64,000 nt of DNA from Camelus dromedarius (taxonomy: Eukaryota). The translations under genes and the position numbers were made by a program. The stretch spans positions 78,182,001 to 78,246,000 of the forward strand of contig NC_087445.1 in NCBI RefSeq assembly GCF_036321535.1, written 5' to 3'. The notes under the pieces are model-generated. The model was given only the letters and a program-made list of their open reading frames with translations. It did not search any database and was not told where the DNA came from. Shown one piece after another: positions 23,395-36,047 of the stretch. The first letter of the stretch is position 1. Every line of letters begins with the position of its first letter.

Positions 23395-26300
23395 TGCCAC
23401 CGATGGCTGACAGTGAGGAAAGGGCACCGGGAGGGGCTCCCCCCCTGGGCGACCATCCTGGGACCACCTCTGGTGTCCTCCAGGCAGAGAGGACACGGGA
23501 GTGGGCTCAAGGGGAGGGGCTAGGGGAGGGAGGGTTGCGGGGCCTGGTCACCGTGGAACCAGCCCAGGGAACAAGAGGCCTGGGGACTGCAGGACCACGG
23601 GGAGGGTCTGACCGCCCACCCCCCTTCCCTGGTGAGCAAGTCACAGCTCCCAGGCTTTTGGGGTGGGAGGGGGACCCTGAAACACAGTCTCCACCGTGTT
23701 CAAGCGCACACGCGCACGCACGCCTCTGAGACACACTGTCTCTTGTGCTTGTTCAGAAAGCTCTCCCCGCGGGGCAGGGCGGGGCGGGCAGGCCGCACCG
23801 GGGAGGGGGTGCTCCAGTGGAAAGCTACTTTGTTTTGAAGGAAGTGATTTTATTTCTTGGGTTTGTGCAGATTGACTGGGAGCTGGGTTTTTCCAGTTTT
23901 ATCAGCTGCTGGAACTCAGGGACCCTGGACTGCAGATATCCCCTGAAGTGACAGCACTCCAGCCGGATGCCCGGCTCTGAGCCCAGGGGAGGGCCAGGCT
24001 GGACGGCACAGCCGCCCTGGATCTGGGCCGGGAGGCCAGCGGACGGCTGGGGCTGCCCTGGAAGCGACCCCGCTCCGGCAGGTCCGACACGCCTGGTCTA
24101 AGTACCCCCACCCCAACCTTCCCCACGTCTCTGAGACCTGCTCCAGGTCTCACCTCCCAGAAAGCCCTCAGGGGCTCTGGGGCGCCAGTGGCCTGGGTGC
24201 CCCCAAGTCCCACAGAACCGTGGGAATAGGACCCTGGAGAGTGTCATTCACAGCGTCCTGGGCCCTCCTCACCAGGGTGGAGTGGGCATGGTGCCCCAGT
24301 ACCTGGAGCTGCCCCCGCCCAGAACCAACCAGGGGTGCCCGAGAGGCCCTCCTAGAGCCATCTGGAGACAGCTGTGACAAAGCCCTGGGGGCTGGTGCGG
24401 GGCGTGCGCAGTGTGTGGCCCCTTCTCACCGTCCAGTGCTGGTTTTGCAGATCAGGATGCTGGGACCCCTGACCCCGTCAGGCCTGTTTATTCCTGGGGA
24501 TGGGAAGGGGCACAGGGAAGTGGGGACACCCCACTCCCACACCTCCCTGCCTGGAGGCGGGAGGAGCCACGCCACCCACCCACAGGCACCTGATGTGTGA
24601 CAGTCTGGTCGTAGGGAGACAGCCTCGAATGGAGGGTGGAGGAGACACACACAGGAAGCCCCGTCTGGCCCCCAGACCCACCTCAGACTCAGGTAGCCCT
24701 GAGCGAGGAACAGAGTGGTCATGAGCCCAAGCACGAGGGCGTGTGCAAGCATGGGCGCAGGTGTGCAGGTGTGTGTGCGCATGCTTGTGTGTGTCCCCAG
24801 GAAGGGGGCTCATGGGCCATCCCTGGGTAGGGGATGGGGACTGACAAGGACTTGGTTCCGAGCCTGGGAGAAGGGAAGGAAGGACCAGCCCCCAAACCCT
24901 GCAGCCTGAGTCTGAGCCAAGATGAGGGCCTCCCTCTGCTAGGGCTCAGCGAAGCGCGTGAAGCTGCCATCACCCTTGCTTGGCGACGGTGGTCCTAAAG
25001 CTGTGGTCCGTGTTCAGCTGGTCCCCGCACCCATCCAAGGAGGAGGCGGCTGAGGCTGCCTTGCAGACCCTGACTTGTGAGCCACCAGACAGCTGTCCCC
25101 GCAGCATGGGATGTGTCCGCCTCTGCCCAGTGGAAGGGATCTGGTGCTCCACCCGCTGCACTGTCTGGCAGAGCCCCTGCCCTGCGTCTGACCTGCCTCC
25201 GTAGGACAGCTGCCCGCAGCCCTCACACCACCTTCCCGAATCCAGCAGGGACCCTGGTCCACGGCCCCACCCAGCTCAGCCCTGCCTGATGCCCAGAGGA
25301 CCTCAGGGCCGCGTCACCAGCTGCGGCCGAGCTGGACGGAGCCCTGAGCCTGGGCCTTGGCCTTGTGAACTCAGCCCCAGAACTCCTGCTCACTTCTCAG
25401 CCCCTCCCCTCCTGACCTGCCCCAGCGCCATCCTCCGGTCCCGGTCCCGCCTCATTTAGAGCTGAGCAAGGACCTCAGCCTCCCTCCCCCACGGCCAGGC
25501 GAAGTCCCAGGCGCAGCAGTCCCCTTCGTCTCTCCTCTCTGCAGCCTCTAAGAATCTGATTCCTGTGGCGGGGCCCTGGGACCCCAGGCACAGGCCTCCA
25601 GCCGCCCTTTCCTCCCCCAGTTCGGCCACCATCTGTGACCTCAGCCCTTTCCTGACTTCAAGCCTGGGCTTACAACCACCCCGAGGACCTCACTCGGCCC
25701 GCTTTCTCCCTTCTGCCCCTGCCTCAGGCCAAGGCAGCCCCAGCCCGCTGCAGCTCCTCCCCTCCTGGACCCCAGCGCCCCGACCCTTTCTCGAGACGTC
25801 CCTCTCTAACCCGGGGGACCCCGCCAAGTATCTCAACTGTGTGCCACCAAGGCAGTCCTTTGCTGGGCCCCCTTTCCAGGTGTCCTCCACAGTGGCCTGC
25901 CACTAACCCACCCCTATCTCTGCCCAGTGTGGGGGCCCCGCTGGCCACTAGGCAGGGGAAGGGTCTGCAGATCTCCCAGCATGGCCAAGATCTCCAGCAC
26001 CAATTGCCGGGGGCCAGGATGCGCCCTTGGAAGGTCTGATACCTGGGAGCCACAGAGCTCTGACCGAGAGGAAGCTGACCCTCATGTGGAAGGTGAGGGA
26101 GGGTCATCCGGGCTCCTGCTTGGCCTCTGGGCCTGCGTGGTGGCTGGACTGTGGGTGATGTGGGGAGGCTGGCCACAGAAGATGGTGGACAAGGAGTCAT
26201 CTCCAGGCTCCAGAACCAGAGGCTGTCAGACTGGGCCCTTCCCTTCCTCCCAGAGAGGAGTCCTGGCCCCTCGTGGGCCCCCATCATCCCTGCCCGTCCC

Positions 26301-28811
26301 CGGTGAGGCTCTGCTCACGTGCACTCCTCTCACACATGCGGTGTTCAGGCTGGAATGTCGGCAGCCGTCGGGAGGAGATGGCCTGTGTCTCAGCTTCGGG
26401 GCTCGGGACCGTGAGAAGGCCATCCACAACCAGAGGACAGGCCACGGCCAGGGTGGACGCGGACCTGTGCGGCGCCCAGTGGGGCCTGTGGCCGTTGTGT
26501 CTGGGCGGCGGGTGAGCTTCTCCCTTTCCGGTGGACAGTGGGGCCTCGTGTCAGCCGGCAACGCGGCCACTCGGAACTCAGGCTCCGATTCCCGGCCTTC
26601 TGGGTGGTTGGCAGCGGGCGCAAGGCTAAGTCTGGACAAGAGACTCGCAGTGACATTTGCACTTTTGCAGATGCCTTCTGAGAGAGGGGCTCCCCTCGCC
26701 CCTGGCCTTGGTGCTGCCAGGGACAGCCCCGAGCCAGCCACGTGGGGCAGAGGCTGCACACAGTGTTGACACAGCCGGTAGGAGGGTCCGTGAGCCATGA
26801 AGCCCCACGTGGGCCCTGGCTGCCGCCACTGGACTTTCACGTCAGAGAGAAACAGGGTCACTAGGCTGCGTGTAGGGACAACGGTGAGCTGTCTGCAGTC
26901 TACCCTGGGGCTCGGCTGGCACGCTGTGCAGGCCGCAAAGCCCTGCCGTCCGCAGCCCGCCAGCTGGACACGCAGGGCCGCCGGGCGGTGCGCTTCAGCC
27001 CAAATCCACGGCCTGGGAGTCAGGGGCCAGATCGGGGCCCATCAGAGTTGGAAAGTCCAAGAACCAGGAGCACCGGTGTCCTGGGGCACGGCGGGGTGGG
27101 GAGCGGCTTGGCCCCGCAGAGGGACCTCATGCTGCTGCCACCTTTCTGTTCTATTTGGGCCGTCGAGGGGCCGGACCAGGCCGCCCACACCACATGCCAG
27201 GGTCTCCCAGGGACGCCCTCCCAGACACACCAGAAATGAGGGGCTGCTGCCCCCTGGGTGCCCTTAACCCAGGCAAGAGGTCATGTGAAGTCAGCCAGCG
27301 CCTTGGCTGTGGGGGAAGCACTTGGGAGCCTGTGGGAAGCCTGAGCCATTTGAGGGGACCTCAGGAGGAGGAGACAGTGGGGAAAGGGGGCCTCCGAGGC
27401 CACGCCCGCTGTCAGCCAGGCACTTGCTGGGGGCGGGCGGGCCGAGCCCCCAGCCCCTGCCCGGGGGGGGCTGCAGCTGCTCCACGCACCTGTGAGAAGT
27501 TCTGGTTCTGCCAACACAGGCTGAGCTCTGGGCAGGATGGGGTCGCTTCGGACCGTGCCGACCTGGGAGAGGACAGGCCCCGGCCAAAGGGAGGTGCCGG
27601 ACCCTCCAGCCTGCACCCTCCCCACCTGCCCGTCTCCTCTCTGGCGGGTCCCATGCTCAGAGCTCATTCTGTGCATCATGGGGAGGGTCTCTGTGGGTGT
27701 GGGAGCTTTGCCTCCTCCCAGGGTCCAGGCCACCAAGCCCTGAAACCAGAAACTCCCATGTCCCCCCCCAGGCCCCTAAGAACTGCTCAGCCGAGACAGC
27801 GGTCAGGCCAAGGTCTCTCTGGGGGACTCCCCAGCTGGTCCAGCCTCACCCAGGGGCACCCATTTCAGGACTAGGAGAGTAGAGGGTGGGGGCCTCTGTT
27901 GCCCGCAGAGGTGCTGGGGTTGGGGCAGGAGAGAAGACACTGACCTGCGGCTGCCCGGGCCTAGGAGCAGGGCTGGGGCTGCAGAACAGGGTCAGTGTTC
28001 GGCCAGCCGGGCACAGACAGTCTCTGTCCTCCTTGTCCCTCCCTGCCCTCCCTTTCCACCGCCACCCATGTGCCCTGGGACCAGAGGACAGCTCAGCCAT
28101 CTCCCAGCGGGTCTGTGCCCGCCGGACCAGAGCAGGCGGGGGCAGGTTTCAGGGCAGCAGCCCAGCTGGGCACATGGGCCTTTGGCTCTGGTGCCTGCTG
28201 TGACGGCCCCCAGACATGGGCCATGACCCCCCAGATCCAGCTGGGAGCTCCCACCAGCAGGAGGCTCTGGTGTCCGGCATGGGGTGCAGACTGCTCCAAC
28301 AGTGGGTGCAAGGGCACATGAGTGCCAGGAGGCCAGACCAGGGGACCTCCCAGGAGCTGGCTGTCTCGGCAGCTAGGCAGGGGGGCATGAGGGCAGGCTT
28401 GGGCTAGTGGCATGGAATAGGGGACCGAGGGGGGGGACAGCTTGTCAGATGGGGGAGGCCAGGGTAGGGGAGGGTCACCCTTGAGGACAGAGAAAACTCG
28501 TAGGGGCCCATCTGTGTGACTGAGGGAGGGGACAGGCCCGTGGGATTTGTGCTGGAGGGCTGGGGAGGGACAACTCGTGAGGTGAGAGATTAAAATTACA
28601 AACACAAAATTAGGTTCAGGGCCTCAGAAGAGCCCAAGCAGGTGAGAGAAGGCTGTGACTCTGGGCACCAAGGACCTGAAACAGGGCTGCCGGCCAGAGC
28701 CGGGACTCTCCACAGCCCCATCTGCCCCCGACCCAGGGGCCTCTCCATCTCTGCCCAAACCTCTGGGCCCCCTCACTTGGGCCCTATCCTCTCCCACCTG
28801 GGTCCGCCCGC

Positions 28812-29144
28812 CCTGGGCCACCCACTCCTCACTCCAGGAGCGTTTCTCCCTTAGCCCTGTGTTCCCTGCCTCCAGCCCTTTGCATGTGCATAACCACAGG
28901 CACACCAGCTGGCAGGCATGTGCACAAAACACGTACAGATGCTCACACACACAGACGTGCAGAGCCCACACACAAGTGTATGCCACACACACCCCACTCA
29001 CACGCACATGTGCACTCGGGTGCACACACGCCACAAGCACACGCACTGCACACCCACGGTGCCCAGTCGCCTGGGTCTGCGATGAGTTTGGGGGTCAGGG
29101 GCGTGAGGTGGGGGGTGCTTCCCGAGGAGCCTGGGCTGGGGGCA
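28812..29144 (+). repeat. Diverged direct duplicate of LCN12 intron 5 segment 16175-16492
   Basis: Collinear shared blocks: CTCCTCACTCCAGGAGC, an identical GGCATGTGCACAAAACACGTACAGATGC, CACTGCACACCCAyGGTGCCCAG, and GCTTCCyGAGGAGCCyrGGCTGGGGGCAG. Confidence 0.88.
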
Positions 29145-32100
29145 GTGGTGGTGCAGACAGGCCCTGTCCCTGCTGCCCAGCACTCTGTCCTCACAGTGCG
29201 ACCCTGAGGCCTGGGGGGGCGGAGTGAGGCTGGGGAGCTGGGGGCGTCCCAGGGCCCATGCTGGGACCCACCAAGGTGGCAGGAGGCAGTCTGAGGTCCG
29301 GCCCCTTCCTTGCCCTGCTACACCCTCTCGCTCTCCCCCCTCCTCTGGGGACTGTCTCCCCTTCCTTCTCTCACTCCAGCTCCCCCCACCCACCGTCTGC
29401 CTGGCCTCCCTGACTCTCAGATGGCCCAGGTCAGCCCCCTCTCCTGAGATGGTGGCCTTGTCCCTCCGGAGCCCAGCCTGGCCCCTGGCTGACCCCATCC
29501 TCACAGCCTGTCAGGGCCTTCCTTGTGTCCTGTCCCCGGAGGCCACATCTGTTCCCACAACCCTCCCCCACCAGAAATAACACTTGGTGCCAGGAGAAGC
29601 CAGCGTGACCGCCAGACACCACATGGGGTGGACAGGGGCTGTGGGGCAGACTGGGGGTGGCTTCCAGAGCACCAGGGTGCCAGGCCCAGGCGGGGAGCCC
29701 AGCGTCCGCTCTGACGTTTGTCCTCACTAAGGGAGGCCTGGGCACTCTCCTGGCCTGGCCTGGGCTCTCAGGACCAACAGAGCCAGACCCGTCCTCACAC
29801 ACGGGCCACAGAGGCCGGCTACCAGCCTGGGGAGCAGAGAGCAGCGGGTGACCCAGCTGGGCCCCCCGGGGTGCCAGGACACAGACTGTGGCCAAGGGCC
29901 CCCTGCCCAGCCCCACAGGATCCAGCACCTCACCGGCTAGGCGCCCACTTTGCTCAGAGCTGTGGCCCCCACCCCCCGGGGTCACCTCTGGGCCCAAGTG
30001 AAAGGCAGGAGTGCCCACCACAGGGCACCTTAGGCCAGGGACCAAGGGCCCTGGGCCCAGGGTGGACCAGGAGATGCTGCAGACCCTCGGGCCAGCCTGA
30101 CATGGTCAGTTCACAGGGGCGAGCAAACTTCCCGAATAAGGAGACTCCTCTGGGCCCTGGGTAGGCAGACCCACAGGAAACAGTCTTGGCTTCGGGGTGT
30201 TTCAGAGAAGCTGCCCCGACCCCCACTTTGGACCCTGGTGGCCCACCAGGGAGCACAGCCACGCTGGCCCCACTCTCTGCTCTCTGCTCTCCACCTGGCT
30301 GCCTCAGGCCAGCCCCGGAGGTTGGACCCATCCAGGAGCCTGGGGAGGGGGGCAGGGAAGGAGGATGAGGCCTTCAGTGATTTTCCAGAATATTCTGTCT
30401 TAACAGCTTTTAGGTGACCGAGGGCACCACCCTTCCACTTCAAATCTGCTGGTTGGCGAGCCACCAGCCAATCTCCCCAGCGTCTCCACGGATGGGGTGA
30501 GCCCTGGGCTTTCCGGCCCTTCTGGAGGGCGGGGGACAGGGCCTGCGGGGGTAGGGTGGGGTGGGGTCCAGGGTGGCTGCCCCTGGCCATCAACTCAGAA
30601 CCGCTTCCCACAGGGTGCAAGGAGCTGATGGCCAAACAACAAGTAAGTGAGGTCCACGAGGTCCCTGTGAGTCGCCCATTCGAGGCCAGCGGACACACCG
30701 TCAGCCACGGGTCAGCGAGATGCCACCAGGGGCTGGGAAAGCCTCGGCCCTGGAGGGCCAGCCACCTCTGGGGGACACTGCGTGGAGACTGGGACCCGTC
30801 ACTGCCCGCCAAGGGTGAGATCAAGCCCGAGCCTCCGACCTGCCAGGCCAGAAGCAGGGGAGGCACCCGTGACCTCCTTGCATCCCCGGGCCCACGATGC
30901 CCTCCTGCCCCTGCCCTCCCAGCCGATGCCCGTCCTCGCCCTCAGGCCTGGCCCAGGGCTCCAGGCAGGCTGCGGCCTCGGCCCGGACTGACCGCTGAGC
31001 AACCACCTCCTCCGTGGCTCACGTGCTCACGGGCCCACAGATGGCCTGGGCTGGCTGTGTCCAGAGCCGTCCAGGTGCCACGGAGGGCTGGGAGGGGGAC
31101 GGCCAGGGCAGAGCGGAGAGGGTCTCAGGCCTACCTGTGGCCCCTCCCCGGTACCACTGCATTCCTTATGCCCGACCCACCCCAGCCCCTCTCAGGTGCC
31201 CTGTCTCTCTCGGCCATCCGGCTCATCCTGGCCTCTGCCTGGGACACCAACCGACCCCCGCCAGCCCCAGCAGCAGTGAGAAAGCAGGAGGCGCTCTGCA
31301 TGGCACTGCTCACCCAGGGCCTCCCCCAGGCAGCCCCACCATGCTGATGGAGCCCCGGGGTGCCTCCCAAAGCAATGCGAGTCTGTGCTTCCCAGTGCCT
31401 TGGCCATGGGGAGGGGGACAAAGGGCAGTATCTGCCGGCCTCACATCCCAACCAGGGGTGGAGGCCACAGCCCCACAGTAGGGGTCCAGCCAGGGCCAGA
31501 AAGCCCATGGGGGCTGAGACAAGGGCAACCCAACTTCACCAGGACCCCTGTGGGCCTGGTGCCCACCATCCTGCCCCCACTAGGTGGGTGGCAGTGCCCA
31601 CGTTGGTCCCATTCAGGGAGCTGACCTGACCCCACGCCTCCCCTTTGATTCTTTCCGGACAGCCTTGGGGCCATTCCAAAGCCAGAGGCCAGAGCTGCCA
31701 AGGATCCAGCTTCCGGGCAGAAGGTGCCAGGCACTGGGATGGGAGCCTGTACCCTGCGGTGGGCTGGGCCTGTGTGTGGGGCTGACCAGCCCCCGCCTCC
31801 CCACTCGCCACAGCTGCATCCCCTTTGTGTCTGCACCATGGCCTCATCTCCCCCAGCCCCACCCACTGTTGCTCAGAGCTGATGACCCCACTCTGTCCTG
31901 TGCTGAGGCCCTGGCTGGTCTGGGGAGGCCTTGGGCAGGACCAGAGGGATGGGTGACTTGCCAGATTTGAACCAAACCCAGGACCTCAGAGACAGCCTGC
32001 CAACCCAGGGAGGCCTCCGGAGGGAGGCGGAGTTCCCTGCAAGGTGGGCAGGTTTCTCAAGCCCTCTGCTGGGGGAGGCACCAGCCTCAGCGCCCCAGGC

Positions 32101-32739
32101 ACTAGGGCAGGCTGAGTCCCTCAGGGCGCTGCCAGGCCAGACTCGTGGGCGGACCGGTGCCACTGAGGATGCTCCGCGGGAGGAAGGGCCTTGCTCGAGG
32201 CCCCAGCCAGAGCTCCGACAGCTGGCTGTGTGGCAACCTGGCCCTTGGTCTCCATTTTGGGGGCAGATTTGACTTCTTTGCCTTGGTCCAAGTTTCCCGA
32301 CACCCCCCGGGGCCTGCTGGGCCTTTCAGAACCAAACTCATACAGTGCAAGTGGGGCCCCGAGTCCCCTCTCAGGGTCACCAGGCTTGGAGACGGGACAA
32401 TGGTCAGGCTTGTGAGAAGGGGGCTTCCAGACCTGGAGGGAAGTGGCCAGAGGCCCCAGAGGCAAGGCCTCGCCCAGGCACTTGCCCCTGTCCCCATCGG
32501 GGCTCCTGGGGTGGGTCTTTCTGGGACTGGAGAAGGGACTAACCACACAGGGGCCTCTGCCTGCCCGCCCCTCACTCAGCCCTGCGTGGCCGGGCCCAGG
32601 CCTGCCTGATCAGTGCCTCTTACATAAGCAGCCCGGTGGGGGGCGAGGCTGCGGCTGGGCTCAGCTGCCCTGTCCTCCCCCAGCATCACGAGCTTCCAGT
32701 GGGCTGTCCTTGTGCCTTGGGTGGAGGCCAAGCCCAGCC

Positions 32740-32747
32740 CATAAATA
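32740..32747 (+). promoter_or_regulatory. PTGDS TATA box
   Basis: CATAAATA about 83 nt before the ATG. Confidence 0.75.
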
Positions 32748-32823
32748 GGGGTCTCCCTGGTGGCTTCTGCTCCTCCGGCCCGTCTCCCTCACTCTGCCTG
32801 CACTCCTGCTCAGCTCGGGGAGA

Positions 32824-33351
32824 ATGGCCACTCAGAGCACTCTGTGGACGGGGCTGGTCCTGCTGGGGGTCCTGGGGGCCCTGCAGATCCCTACCCAGGC
32901 CCAGGTCTCCCTGCAGCCCAACTTCCAAGAGGAGAAGGTGAGGGGCTCTTTGCCTGGTCCCCAAGGCGAGACAGTGCCCTGTGGGACGGGATGCTCTCTG
33001 GAGCCCAGTTGTCTTCAGGGGAAGAGGGGAGCTGAACAGAAGGAGGGTTGGGCAGACAGGAGGAGGCTGACGGCGAGAGGCCCCTCCCTGGGGCAATTCG
33101 CCAACCAGGATATCGGAGCCCGGTATCCCCAACTGGCAGGGAAGCACCTGTGTCCACTTGGCACACGCAGACATGCGGGACACTGCGTGCAGGTCATCCC
33201 TGACCCAACGCGGTTAGCCCATTGAGCTCACAACGCCCAGGGGAAACAGGCACATGTTCCACACTGGGGTCCTAGGAGGCACCTCCGTGCGCCAGCGCGC
33301 AGACGGGAGCACGGGGTGGCCACAGAAACACGAGAGCGCGCGCACGCGCGT

Positions 33352-33399
<48 letters not shown>

Positions 33400-35558
33400 C
33401 CGGCGGCGCACTCACGCTCGGGGGGCTGCGCGGGAGCACTTCCGAGCGAATCTTCAGCCCCGCGCCCAGCTCCGACCCCTCCGGGGATGGCCTCGGCGCC
33501 CCCCGCCGCCAGCTCCACCCGCAGGCGAGGCGGGACTGGGCGGGGGGCGGGGCCGCGAGGCGGGGGCGGGGCAGGGCTGGAGACCCGAGTTGGAGGAAAG
33601 GGGCGCCCACCCCCATGGGTCCCAGAGGGTCCTGGCAGACCCGGATGGGGTCGTTCGCTGCAGTTCCTGGGACGCTGGTTCACCGCGGGCCTCGCCTCCA
33701 ACGCAAGCTGGTTCCTGGAAAAGAAGGCGATGCTGTCCATGTGCAAGTCTGTGGTGGTCCGGGCGGCAGATGGTGGCCTCAACCTCACCTCTACCTTCCT
33801 CAGGTGGGCGGTAGGGCTTCTGGGGCCGAGGGCTCCCCACCCACCCCCTGAACACTGACCCCTGACCCCGAGGGTGATCTGCCCACAGAAAAGACCAGTG
33901 TGAGACCCGGACTCTGCTGCTGCGTCCTGCAGACCCCCCAGGCTGCTACAGCTACGTCAGTCCCCGTGAGTAGGGCCCCTCCCGGACCCCAGGGTCCAGC
34001 CAGGAGTGACACTTGCTGGCTGGGGACTCTGTGCAAACCCCCTACCCAAAAGTGCATGGGATAGGATGATGGCTGCTCCACCGGGGCTAGCCTGGTCTGG
34101 ATCTGCCCCAGGCTGTTCCTGCCAGGCCCCTCTCTGCTCCATGATGGACTGTCGCCAGAGGTCTGCGGCCCCACCTCTGCTGGCCAGGCGAAGTACACGC
34201 AGGCAGCCCCCCAGCGGTCCCCTCACACCTCCCACTGTTCCCTGCCCTGGGACCCCAGCCGGGCCCTCCTCACTCACTGGGAGAGAACCTCTCCTCTTCC
34301 CCTTTCGGCTGCGGGCCTTGTGGTTGTACCATGAACTCCTCATTTCCTGAGCCTGCGTGTTTGTTGGCACCCCAGGACTTCTGGTTTGGGGTCACTGGAC
34401 CCCACAGAGCTGAAGAGCTGTGCAGGCAGGAAGCAGTGGGTGGGCGCCTGCCCTGGTGAGTGGATGGAAAGGCAGCCAGACAGACAGAAGGAGGAGCACA
34501 CAACAGGCTCACGAAGGGCGCCCCTGCCCCAGCGGAGCTTTGGGGCAGGGTCCCTGGCCGACCGGGGTTGTTTCTTGGGTTCGCAGACTGGGGCAACAAC
34601 CACGAGGTGTCGGTGGTGGAGACCGATTACGATGTGTACGCACTGCTCTACACTGAGGGTGTTAAAGGCCTGGCCCAGGACTTCCGCATGGCCACCCTCT
34701 ACAGTATGTGACCCCACGCCAGGCCCACGGTGTGGACTGAGGCCCCATCTGAAAGGGGCGTCTGGGGGCTCCCCAAGCCGCAGGGCGGGGGAAGAGCCAA
34801 GATCTCCCCGGATGGAGGCCAGCGGCTTCTCCTCCCACCCCAGGCCGCACCCAGGCCCCGAGTGCCCAGGTAAAGGAGAAATTCAGCACCTTCGCCAAGG
34901 CCCAGGGCTTCACAGAGGACAGCATTGTCTTCCTGCCGAAGGCTGGTAAGGGGGCCCTAATCTGACAGGGAGGGGATTAAGGTCAGATTGGAGGCAGACA
35001 GACGGTCTCCTGATTCAAGGGAGGCTGAAGGGTGAGGTTCGTCCGGCCAGACCGCCCATTGACCGGTACACGGTCTCCAGAGTGGGGGCATTCTGTCCTC
35101 ACCGCGTGACCTTGGCCTGCAGCCCCTGGGCCGGGCCCAGAAAGATACTCCTCCAGGAAACCCCCCCTCCCTGGGTTTACCAGGCTCCCACTGTGTGCCA
35201 GCCCTGGCTCATCCTCCAGGACACGCAGGCCCCCAGCCTGGTGGGGGGCAGGCACAAGGAACAGAGCCTGCGGAGTGGGGTGCCCGGGGCACACAGAGAC
35301 ACCAACCACCCTGGGCCTCAGTGCCCACAGCCTCCCTGGGGCAGGCAGCCTGCTCTGGCCCAGGTGGGACAGAACCCACTCCTTCTTTGGAGAAGCAAGG
35401 CCTAGGACGGGGTGGGAACGTGATGGAGTGGGAGTCAACCAGGGCTGCGGGGGCTGGGAGGGCGGCAGCCCTGGCAGAAAGTGGCCCTGGCCTGGGGCAC
35501 TGACCACCATCCCCCGGCTCCTTTCTTGGCAGACAAGTGCATGGGGGAGCATGCATAG
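32824..35558 (+). CDS. PTGDS: Lipocalin-type prostaglandin D synthase (beta-trace), 6 coding exons, 191 aa
   Basis: Exons: 32824-32937, 33664-33803, 33889-33965, 34587-34703, 34844-34945, 35533-35558 (576 nt). [18 protein letters not shown], catalytic Cys65 in LSMCKS, N-glycosylation sequons N51 (NAS) and N78 (NLT), ETDY, end DKCMGEHA*. A non-coding exon 7 starts at 35921. Confidence 0.98.
33230..33800. promoter_or_regulatory. Intragenic CpG island over PTGDS intron 1 and exon 2
   Basis: High CpG density with GGGGCGGGG boxes. Confidence 0.6.
33354..33398 (+). repeat. (AC)22 microsatellite in PTGDS intron 1
   Basis: Perfect run, preceded by GCGCGCGCACGCGCGTGT. Confidence 0.95.
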
Positions 35559-36041
35559 GTGAGTGTGATCGTGCAGACTGGCTTCACCCAGTGGTGCCCC
35601 CAATCACTCACTCAGTCATTCAGCATTCACCCACCAACAGCCACCCACCTGCCAGGAGAGGGTGGTCCCAGGCAGACGGGGGCTGGTGCAAGGAGGAGGA
35701 GGCTCCGCTGGGGTTCAGGGAGGTCCCTGGGGGTGGAAGGAGCTGGTGGCTGGGACAGGAAAGGGGTGGGGGAGATGGAGGGGAGATCAGAGGCTGGTGC
35801 CCTTCACCCAGAGACATGGTGGGGAGCCCCTGCGGCCTGACACCGGAAGGAGTCTGGGGACCCTGGGGCCGGGAGAGGTGGTGTTTTCTGTCCCACCGAC
35901 AGGTCCTGCTCTCTTGGCAGGTGACCTCAGCCTCGGCACCTGGCCACCCTGCCCTGATGGCTCTTCCCTCCAATACCCTGAGACACTACCCCGGCTCCTT
36001 CCACCGCTGCCTCTGCCCCTCAGCTTCATCCCAGCTCTGAG

Positions 36042-36047
36042 AATAAA
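36042..36047 (+). terminator. PTGDS poly(A) signal AATAAA
   Basis: Lies in the non-coding last exon. Confidence 0.85.

Noticed and set aside
25927-26861. 280-aa (+) and 211-aa (-) ORFs in the intergenic interval
   Set aside because: Inspected for lipocalin motifs (GxW, TDY, LYxR) and found none.
28600-28645. CAGGGGCCTCAGAAG...CAG|GTGAG considered as a decayed lipocalin exon 5 ahead of the duplicated intron
   Set aside because: The similarity is only a few bases, and the upstream sequence has no acceptor or open frame of about 102 nt.
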